Of a stretch of DNA of 32,000 nt, positions 9,579 through 17,063 are shown one piece after another. The position numbers and the translations under genes are program-made. The stretch comes from Amycolatopsis sp. NPDC059021 (lineage in GTDB: Bacteria > Actinomycetota > Actinomycetes > Mycobacteriales > Pseudonocardiaceae), in assembly GCF_042739895.1 (NCBI RefSeq), contig NZ_JBHYIQ010000063.1, forward strand, positions 14,471 through 46,470. The letters run 5' to 3'. Under the pieces are notes generated by a model that had not been told where the DNA came from, did not search any database, and worked only from the letters and a program-made list of their open reading frames with translations. Numbering within the stretch: position 1 is the first letter of the stretch; each line of letters begins with the position of its first letter.

Positions 9579-10354
9579 GCGAACTGAAGAGTTTTGTTCT
9601 CCTGCAGGCCAGGTTGTACGAGTTCCTGGCGCAACAAGACGAAACCACCCTGCAGGCGATCGTCAGTGGAGCAGCGGAACTGGCTGTTCTTCGCACCGAC
9701 GACGCACGAGCACCCGACAGCTTCGTCCCTCGCGAAGAGGTACGAAGCACTTCGCGCTCGGCATCAGCTGACCCCACCAGACCGTCCTCCGATGACCCAT
9801 ACCAGGCTGCGCGGGACCTCTCGGAGCTGACATCGGAACAGGAACGGCGACTCTACTTGAACGCGACCGGGCTGCCCGTGGCAGGACTACGGCAAGTCGC
9901 CAAGTTACGTGGCTTGGCCCGTTACAGCAGACTCAGTCGCGCCAAGCTCATAAACCTACTGGTCAGCCACGGACTGGATCAGCCCGAAGTGTTCGCGGAT
10001 CAAGCGAAGACCCCGACGCCTCCCTCCTCGGAGTCGGTCGACAGCAACTCGGAGGCCGAACCGCAAGCCACCCCCCAAGAAGCCGAGCCGTCGACCGCAG
10101 CGCCGTCGGCTGGAACCGCAACCCCAACTGCCGATGTGGCGGCCATCGCCTCGCGCTTACGTGAAACCGAGACCGAGGAAGAGGGCGCCGCGTACCTCCA
10201 CGCGCTGCGGCTGGACCGAGAGGCCCTGCTCGCTGTCGCTGCCGAGTTGCTGCTCACACGCGTGGATCGCCTGAGCCGAAAGGAACTCGAGAAGAGAGTC
10301 CTCAAACAGGCGATCGGTGCTCGGCGCAAGTTCGCCGGGCTACGGAAGTGGTGA
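9575..10354 (+). CDS. hypothetical protein with two Rho_N/SAP-like helix-extended-helix repeats and a Pro/Ser/Thr/Glu-rich linker
   Basis: 259 aa. Repeat 1 (aa 78-133) reads ..EQERRLYLNATGLPVAGLRQVAKLRGLARYSRLSRAKLINLL. Repeat 2 (aa 188-246) reads ..EEEGAAYLHALRLDREALLAVAAELLLTRVDRLSRKELEKRVL. The gene is coupled to both neighbours. Confidence 0.7.
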   Translation: MSELKSFVLLQARLYEFLAQQDETTLQAIVSGAAELAVLRTDDARAPDSFVPREEVRSTSRSASADPTRPSSDDPYQAARDLSELTSEQERRLYLNATGLPVAGLRQVAKLRGLARYSRLSRAKLINLLVSHGLDQPEVFADQAKTPTPPSSESVDSNSEAEPQATPQEAEPSTAAPSAGTATPTADVAAIASRLRETETEEEGAAYLHALRLDREALLAVAAELLLTRVDRLSRKELEKRVLKQAIGARRKFAGLRKW

Positions 10355-10360
10355 GCACTG

Positions 10361-11773
10361 GTGACCGACGAGACGACGGTAGGACGAGGCCAGGAGACCA
10401 GCGGCCGCTCGATGTACCTCATCGGTGGTCGCCGCGTCAGGATTTCAGACCTGCTGGACGCCGGTCTGATACGAGCCGGTACCAAGCTCAGGTTCAAGCG
10501 CAACCGTATCGGCGTGACCTACGACGCGACCGTAACCGAGCAGGGGAAAATCCGGCTCGATCCCGGCGGCGAGGAAATCCGCTCACCGTCGCGGGCGGCC
10601 ATGGTGGCAGCCAACATGCGTGCTGTCGACGGCTGGCGGGCGTGGCTGGTTGTCGACCAGAACCGGTTGCTGGACGCCGTGCGCCAGGAATTTCTCGATC
10701 GAGCAATTTCGACAGTGGCGACCGCGGCCAACCGGCAAACCGAGGACAAAGACCGCCAACGCATCCATACGCGGTTGAGGCAGGCGCGCAGTCGCGCCGA
10801 CGAGCACGACCCGGAGAGCATCTCCGTCCGCGAACTTCTGTCGCTCTGGGGAGCGAAGGATCGTGGCGACCAGGTCAGTCAGATTGAAGCGGACCTGGCC
10901 AACCACGGGCTGACGACGTCGCCCAGTTTCCGGGCGGTGACTCTCGACACGATGATTTCGCTGACCACACCGCTCGACGAAGCGGAGGACACCGCAGCGG
11001 CTGAGTCGCCCGAGATCGACGACATCCCGGGCGCTGAGGATGACGAGGAAGGTAACGACCTGAATGTCCGCCTGACGGTGGGGAACCTGTCCCCTCTTAG
11101 CGGCGTGGAGTTCGTCGAAGTCAACAGCACGCTTAAAGAAGCGATCACGAAGATGCTTCTCAATGACTTCTCTCAGCTCGCTGTCCTCAATGGCCCTCGT
11201 AACCTGCGCGGCGCCGTGACCTGGCGCTCGATCGCACAGGCGATGCATCGGAAATCGGACGCGAGCGTCGCCGATGCAATCGTCGCTCATGTGGAAGCCG
11301 TCGCGTACGATCGTGACCTCTTCGACGTCCTTCCCACCCTGCTACAGCGGGAGTTCGTGTTCGTCCGGGACGAAACCAAGGTCATCAAGGGCATTGTCAC
11401 GACAGCGGACGTGGCGCAGCGCTACGGCGAGATGGCCACCCCTTTCTTTCAGCTGGGCGAGCTGGATCAAACACTTCGCTGGGTCTTGAACCGCGCCTTC
11501 GACCTTCAGACCATCCGACCGCTTTGCAGCAGGAAAATCACCAGCTTCGATGATCTCACCTTCGGTGACTACCAACGCGTTCTGGAGAGCACGGGCCTGT
11601 GGGAAAAGCTGGGCTGGCCGTTGGACCGTTCTTACTTCGTCTCCCGGCTGGAGGAGATCCGGCTCATTCGCAACAAGGTCATGCACTTCCACCCCGACCC
11701 GGTACCCGAGGACGCGATCGACAAGCTACGGACCTTCAACAGCATGCTGCACCGATACCGCGATCCGGCGTAA
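10361..11773 (+). CDS. RAMA-like domain + CBS pair + C-terminal HEPN (Swt1-like) predicted RNase
   Basis: 470 aa. aa 26-97 (ISDLLDAGLIRAGTKL...SPSRAA...VDGWRAWLV) match the RAMA/DUF4357-like pattern. aa 237-355 hold two CBS motifs. aa 358-465 are helical and carry the Rx4H motif RNKVMH (nt 11669-11686). The start is GTG 10361 or ATG 10412. Confidence 0.8.
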   Translation: MTDETTVGRGQETSGRSMYLIGGRRVRISDLLDAGLIRAGTKLRFKRNRIGVTYDATVTEQGKIRLDPGGEEIRSPSRAAMVAANMRAVDGWRAWLVVDQNRLLDAVRQEFLDRAISTVATAANRQTEDKDRQRIHTRLRQARSRADEHDPESISVRELLSLWGAKDRGDQVSQIEADLANHGLTTSPSFRAVTLDTMISLTTPLDEAEDTAAAESPEIDDIPGAEDDEEGNDLNVRLTVGNLSPLSGVEFVEVNSTLKEAITKMLLNDFSQLAVLNGPRNLRGAVTWRSIAQAMHRKSDASVADAIVAHVEAVAYDRDLFDVLPTLLQREFVFVRDETKVIKGIVTTADVAQRYGEMATPFFQLGELDQTLRWVLNRAFDLQTIRPLCSRKITSFDDLTFGDYQRVLESTGLWEKLGWPLDRSYFVSRLEEIRLIRNKVMHFHPDPVPEDAIDKLRTFNSMLHRYRDPA

Positions 11774-11804
11774 TCAGCCGACACCTACCCAACGTGACCA
11801 CCCA

Positions 11805-11858
11805 GGGGTCCGGGGCTTGCCCCCAAACGGGGTGTGGGGTTTGCACCTTCACAAAACA
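11805..11858. repeat. bipartite repeat, copy A (partner at 27758-27813)
   Basis: GGGGTCCGGGGC (11805-11816), an 18-nt GC-rich self-complementary spacer, TGGGGTTTGCACC (11835-11847), then AAAACA (11853-11858). The same blocks occur in the same order and spacing at 27.8 kb. Confidence 0.45.
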
Positions 11859-11871
11859 CGCGGAACGCAAA

Positions 11872-11900
11872 AGGCTCGTGCTCTCCGCGAGCACGAGCCT
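11872..11900. terminator. perfect 12-bp stem-loop (terminator-like)
   Basis: AGGCTCGTGCTC-tccgc-GAGCACGAGCCT. On the minus strand it is followed by TTTT, so it is a possible terminator for the BREX operon. It could also act for the plus-strand three-gene operon, but without a U-tract. Confidence 0.45.
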
Positions 11901-11905
11901 CCTAG

Positions 11906-12346
11906 CGTGGACCTTGGGGAACTTACTACAACACAAAAACCCAGGTAGAAGCCCTGGAGGCCCTACTCCAGGAACTACCAGACTCCACCGAACCGACTCC
12001 ACCACCCGTCGACCGACTCAAACTTCGACGGGCACGCCAGCTCGACGCGGACGAGGCCCAGGCACTCATCGCCGCCTACCAAGCCGGAGCCACGGTGTAT
12101 AAGCTGGGTGCCCGGTTCGGAATCGAACGGCGGACGGCCAGCAACATCCGCAAACAACACGACGTGTCGATACGCAGATGCGGCCTCTCGCCCGAGCAGA
12201 TCGACCACGCCATCCACCTCTATAACCTCGGTCGACCCCTCGCCCGAGTCGGCGAACACCAGGGCGTCCACCACACCACCGTACTGACCAAACTCCGCGA
12301 ACGTGGTATTCCCACCCGGGACACCCATGGACGCCCACGGGCTTGA
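11906..12346 (+). pseudogene. double-HTH (resolvase/HTH_7-like) protein remnant lacking a plausible start
   Basis: The frame is open from 11906 and encodes ..LDADEAQALIAAYQAGATVYKLGARFGIERRTASNIRK.. and ..LSPEQIDHAIHLYNLGRPLARVGEHQGVHHTTVLTKLRERGI.. The only ATG/GTG/TTG start (GTG 12095) falls inside the first HTH unit. Confidence 0.45.
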
Positions 12347-12406
12347 TCTGACCATGCCTTCCTTCTCCTGTTGCTGGCGGGCGAACTCCAGGCGCTTGAC
12401 CCGAGA

Positions 12407-14554
12407 TCAGGCACCGATGCTGTGGTCCGCATTGTCCAAAGCACGAAGATACGTGACGCCAAAGGCCTTGATCTCGCGGTGTTTCTGGTACCTCGTGGCG
12501 AGATCGAACGGACCGTCACTCGTGCGCTGGAAGATGTCGAGGCCGCGCCCGAGCAGGATTTTCCAGCCGGTATCGGTGCTGATCGAGCGGTCGTGGACCG
12601 ACTGGGGATCGACGAAATCGACGTCGAAGACGATGCCAAGCGCGGCTGTGCTCTGCTTGATCTGCACGAGGTACTCGTACTGCTTCTGCAGCTTCTCCCG
12701 GCCGTCCTGGTTCTCGACCGTGATGAGCTTGATCGCAACCTCGTCCGCGGGGTCCTTGCCGCGAGCGATCGCCTCGGCGAGCTCCATCAGGTTCCTGGCT
12801 TGGTGGAACAGGCGCACGTAGGGATCAACGATCGTGATCTGCGAGGCACCCTGCAAGTACGGGACCAGCAGCATGTCATACGAGACGCCAATTTGACCTT
12901 CTTGGTACTCTCGATGTCCCTGAAACAATTCAGGCTTGGACTGTGTGACCTTGTCAGGGTCAGCAGTGCCAGCGGACGCCGCGCCCGCTCCCCGCAGATC
13001 TGCGTTTGCCGGTGCCTCAACCGGATCACTGCCCTTGCGCACCCGGTGGTAGTGCGCGGGGTACTCGTCCTCCTCACGCGTAGCGACGGTGTACCAGGTG
13101 CCTTCCTTGTCGAGGTAACCGAACTTCACCTCGGCCATGGTCGAGTCGATGCGCAGAATCTGGTCCTTGACGCGTTTACGTCCCTCGATGGCGATCCGTA
13201 GGAGTTCCTCGATCTCCTTTCGGGTGGCCTCGCCGCCTGGATAGAGGATCTTCATCAGGCCGGAGAAGGTCTTGTGAATACCGTCGCGGTCACGGGTCGA
13301 GATGTCGGACGATAGCGTGAAGTGCTGCTGGTAGCGGTCGGAGTAGTCCTGCGAGCGCATCGACTTGAGAACTTCGGCGATGTAGTCGACGACGAACCCG
13401 TAGCCGTCGGAGAACATCTCGCCACGGATGATGTCCACCTCCCAGCCGGGGATGTAGTGGTGCAACCGGTCGAGGTAGGCCGGGTCGTGGTAGGCCTCAG
13501 GCAGTTCGTCGAACAGGTCGGAGTGCCTGAGCATGTACGGCACGGTGTGCGAGGTGTTACCGACGAATACCATCGACGCCTCGGCGCCCAGCGTCTCGAC
13601 ACCACGGGAGAACGATTTGTTCGCCATGTAGTTCTTCATGATGTCGACAAGCGCCTTGTCCGTGCGCTTCTTCTTGCCGGCGAACTCGTCGAAAGCGACG
13701 ACGTCCCAGTAGCCGACAAGGCCGATGCGTCCGTTGGAGTTGTTGACGAAGAGCTTGGGGACGGTAACCTCGCCACCGGATACCAACATTCCGTGGGGCG
13801 AGAACTCCGAGAAGATGTGGGACTTGCCCGTCCCCTTGGGGCCGAGCTCGACCAGGTTGTAGTTGCGCTCGACGAACGGAATCAGACGCACGAGCTGGAA
13901 GAACTTCCCCCGCCTGCTGAACATCTCGGGGTTGAACCCGATCGATTGCATAAGCAGGTCGATCCACTCGTCGGTGGTGAATCCGCGCCGCCCCTCGAGG
14001 TACTGGTCGACATCGAACCTCGACAGCTGAATAGGCTTGATCGAGCCGAGGATCCAAGGTGCGACACGCTGGTCATCGCTGTGGAAGTATTCGATATCGC
14101 AGATACACCAGACGCCACCAACGAGGAGCTTGGGGTGCGCCTTGATCGTTGGCGACTCGACGACCACGCCCATGATGCCGAGGTTGGCGAACTCGGCTTG
14201 ATAGACATCAGCCTTCTCATTGAGGGTGACGGTGACCTTATCAATGATCCGGTGGCGACCGCGCTCTTTGATCGTGGACTTGACCAGCTCGGACTCGCTG
14301 CGATGGACATAGTGTTCGGCGAGGATCTTGCGCACGGTGTCGATGCCAGCCTGGATGGTGGCTTCGTCATCCGAGGCTGCATATTGCCCAAGGAGGTATT
14401 CGAGGACATAGGACGGCACGACGGCGTTGCCCTTGACGGTCTTGACCAGGTCCTTGCGGACGACGACTCCGGGGAACAGCAGGTTGATCTTGTAGTCGAG
14501 ATCGCTCTGCTGCGGTGCGCCGGCGTCGGGCGCCTCGTTCTGGGTCTCGCTCAT
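12407..14554 (-). CDS. brxL: BREX type 1 BrxL (Lon-like protease/AAA+ protein)
   Basis: 715 aa and the last gene of the operon. Walker A GPKGTGKS is at nt 13820-13843. Size and position match BrxL. An SD GGAGGGGA precedes ATG 14554. Confidence 0.9.
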   Translation of the reverse strand: MSETQNEAPDAGAPQQSDLDYKINLLFPGVVVRKDLVKTVKGNAVVPSYVLEYLLGQYAASDDEATIQAGIDTVRKILAEHYVHRSESELVKSTIKERGRHRIIDKVTVTLNEKADVYQAEFANLGIMGVVVESPTIKAHPKLLVGGVWCICDIEYFHSDDQRVAPWILGSIKPIQLSRFDVDQYLEGRRGFTTDEWIDLLMQSIGFNPEMFSRRGKFFQLVRLIPFVERNYNLVELGPKGTGKSHIFSEFSPHGMLVSGGEVTVPKLFVNNSNGRIGLVGYWDVVAFDEFAGKKKRTDKALVDIMKNYMANKSFSRGVETLGAEASMVFVGNTSHTVPYMLRHSDLFDELPEAYHDPAYLDRLHHYIPGWEVDIIRGEMFSDGYGFVVDYIAEVLKSMRSQDYSDRYQQHFTLSSDISTRDRDGIHKTFSGLMKILYPGGEATRKEIEELLRIAIEGRKRVKDQILRIDSTMAEVKFGYLDKEGTWYTVATREEDEYPAHYHRVRKGSDPVEAPANADLRGAGAASAGTADPDKVTQSKPELFQGHREYQEGQIGVSYDMLLVPYLQGASQITIVDPYVRLFHQARNLMELAEAIARGKDPADEVAIKLITVENQDGREKLQKQYEYLVQIKQSTAALGIVFDVDFVDPQSVHDRSISTDTGWKILLGRGLDIFQRTSDGPFDLATRYQKHREIKAFGVTYLRALDNADHSIGA

Positions 14555-14567
14555 CGCAGCTCCCCTC

Positions 14568-17063
14568 CTAGAAGTCGAAGTCCGACGCGAACGAACGCTT
14601 CAGCGTGTAGGCCGCCCTGCGGAAGACTCGCCACTGGTTGGTGTTGGGGATCCGCTCCTCCAGGCGGAACTCCACGGCTCGGTTGTTGTAGCCGCTCGAC
14701 TCCTGACTGAGCAGCATCCGGGCGCTCTGGTACCGGTCGCGCTTGTCGGCCGAGGTCTGATCGAAGGTCAGGTCGACGAGGTTGGAGATCAGAGTCTCGC
14801 CGACGTAGAGCCCGGCCCTCAGCGTGCGGGGCCGGACCTTGTCGCTGACTGGCTCGGTCTGGAAGAGCCGGACGACGACCTGCCCGGTGGTGATCTTGTC
14901 GGATTCCGGCCAGACCTCGACGTTGACCAGCCGGGTGTCGCTCTTACGCTTCTTGTTGACCGCCAGAACCGGCACGACGATCTCTTGAAGCGCCGCCCCG
15001 CCGTGGACGAAGCGCGAGCCGCCACCGGGCAGCTTCAGCCGGTGGATCGACTTGGGGATCTGTACTTCCAGGTCGCTCTCAAGCCCGAGCTGGGCGGCGT
15101 CGAAGGCGGCGAAGGCAGTGTCGACCTTGAGGCCGTTGCCCAGCACGAAGCGTCGTTTGACGACCTTGATGTCATCGCCCTGCGGCTGAGTCGACAGGAA
15201 GAATGTGTCGGCCAGCTCCTCATCCTGGAACAGGAAGCCATGGTCGGCCGTGACGAAGATATTGGTGGCGTTGGCGCTGGCCAACTTCTTCACCAGGTCG
15301 ACGATATCGCGCAATGTGTCATCGACGGCTTCGAAAGTCTTACGCTCGGTAATGTGACTGTCGCCCGTAGCATCGATCTGATTGTGGTAGACGTACAGAA
15401 CCCGGTTGGCCTTGTACAGCTCGCGCCGCTCGTCAGCGTTCAAGGCCTTGAATTCCTCGGCCTGGATCGCCGAGCCGCCGACACCCCCCAGGATCTTGCC
15501 GCGGAAGGCGGTGTTGTTGGTCGGCTGGCCGTCGGCCATTACGGTCTTGGCGTCAAGCGAATGCTTAAGCGTCGAATGCGGCAGCAGCGCCGCCATGCCG
15601 AGCTGGGTGTAGCTCGGCAGCACTCCGAGGACGGCGTCCAGGTTGGCATCGAAGCGGTCCTCCTGCCGGATGAGTGAGCCAAGCTCGTCGGCCACTTCGT
15701 AGCGCAAGGCATCAGAGATGATGACCACGGCCTTCTTGTCGCCGTCCCGCACCAGCGGCTCGACGTAGCGAGAGTAGAAGGCGGCCTGCGAAGGCAGCAT
15801 CGTCGAGCGCCACCGCTCAACTTGGTCGAGCTGCTGCTGCCAGGCGTTACCCAGCTCGTAGACGTACTTGTTGGTGTAGCGCTTCTCAACCACCTCGCGC
15901 AGCGCTTCGAGGGGCTTCGGGTACTCCGCCGTGCGGGCAGCATAGACAAACTGCCGGTAGAGCTGGTCGATGCGGAACCACTCGCGTCGGTAGCGCTCCA
16001 ACCCGTCGTCGAACGACTCCATGCCGAGATTCAGCGAGGCTAGCTCGCCGAGCAGCTTCGACGCCCGGGCAACGGCTGTGTATAGCTGCTTGTAGTTGTC
16101 GATCCAGAAGCTGTTCTGCCGAGCCCGGACCGTCTCGTCCACCTCGCGCGGGGTGACAGTCTGTTCGGCTACCGCCCGCCCCAGGTCGCTGATGATCTTC
16201 TGGTCGGTCTCTTCGAACAAGTCGACGGTTACCAGGTCACGGAAGCTCGTGTCCTCGATCCTCGACTTGTAGTCCAGGTCGTGGGCTGCCCGCTTGGCAA
16301 GCGTGGCCATGGCCGCCTGACTACGCCGGTCGTTGCGCAGGCTGGCGAAGTCGAGCTGGATGTTCCGCAGTCCGCCCTGGCGGTCGGACTTGAAACCCTC
16401 GATGGCCTTAAGGAAGATCCACAACACCAGGTCGTCGATGCTCGGCGAGGACGACTCGTAGCCGTAGATGCTGGCGACGCCGCGCCAGTAGAAGTCATCA
16501 AGGCCATAGTCGACGAGAGCGTCGTACTTGGCGTGAGCCCCCTTGGCGTTCTCCGTCAGTAACGTCCTGGTGATCTCCAGCAGACTATGCTCGCGTTGGC
16601 CAAGCACGACAGCGCTGATCTTGGCTCGCAACCTGACAGCGTCGTCCTCCGAGCTCAGCAGTGCCTTGAGACTGTGGACGCGCTTGGCCGCGTTGAAGAA
16701 CTTCTCGTGGGTCTGGACGACCTCGTCGATACCCTGGCCGACCAAGCCCAGGTCCTGAGCCACCAGAGCCGTGCGGTCGGCCGTGAAGACTCCATAGGCC
16801 AGCTCCAGATCGAGCAGCCAATTCCCGATGCCACTCGGCACCGGCCCTGAACGGTAGACGAGAAATTTGCCCTTAGGCTCGTCACGCAGCAGCCGGTTCT
16901 TGATACCGAACTCGTCATTAGAAACCCGGATCGTCTGGACACCCGGCAGGTCGAGACTGTCCAGATCCTCGATGTACTGACCATCCGGGTCGTGCCAGAA
17001 GACAATCCGGCGGCTGTCAAACCAGCGCAGCAGGTGCGGGCGGACCGAAGTAACGTCACTCAT
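14568..17063 (-). CDS. pglZ: BREX PglZ (alkaline-phosphatase-superfamily protein)
   Basis: About 831 aa with PglZ-domain motifs VVIISDALRYEV and IFVTADHGFLF. ATG 17063 overlaps the pglX stop (ATGAGTGA). The listed TTG 17075 is less likely. Confidence 0.92.
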   Translation of the reverse strand: MSDVTSVRPHLLRWFDSRRIVFWHDPDGQYIEDLDSLDLPGVQTIRVSNDEFGIKNRLLRDEPKGKFLVYRSGPVPSGIGNWLLDLELAYGVFTADRTALVAQDLGLVGQGIDEVVQTHEKFFNAAKRVHSLKALLSSEDDAVRLRAKISAVVLGQREHSLLEITRTLLTENAKGAHAKYDALVDYGLDDFYWRGVASIYGYESSSPSIDDLVLWIFLKAIEGFKSDRQGGLRNIQLDFASLRNDRRSQAAMATLAKRAAHDLDYKSRIEDTSFRDLVTVDLFEETDQKIISDLGRAVAEQTVTPREVDETVRARQNSFWIDNYKQLYTAVARASKLLGELASLNLGMESFDDGLERYRREWFRIDQLYRQFVYAARTAEYPKPLEALREVVEKRYTNKYVYELGNAWQQQLDQVERWRSTMLPSQAAFYSRYVEPLVRDGDKKAVVIISDALRYEVADELGSLIRQEDRFDANLDAVLGVLPSYTQLGMAALLPHSTLKHSLDAKTVMADGQPTNNTAFRGKILGGVGGSAIQAEEFKALNADERRELYKANRVLYVYHNQIDATGDSHITERKTFEAVDDTLRDIVDLVKKLASANATNIFVTADHGFLFQDEELADTFFLSTQPQGDDIKVVKRRFVLGNGLKVDTAFAAFDAAQLGLESDLEVQIPKSIHRLKLPGGGSRFVHGGAALQEIVVPVLAVNKKRKSDTRLVNVEVWPESDKITTGQVVVRLFQTEPVSDKVRPRTLRAGLYVGETLISNLVDLTFDQTSADKRDRYQSARMLLSQESSGYNNRAVEFRLEERIPNTNQWRVFRRAAYTLKRSFASDFDF

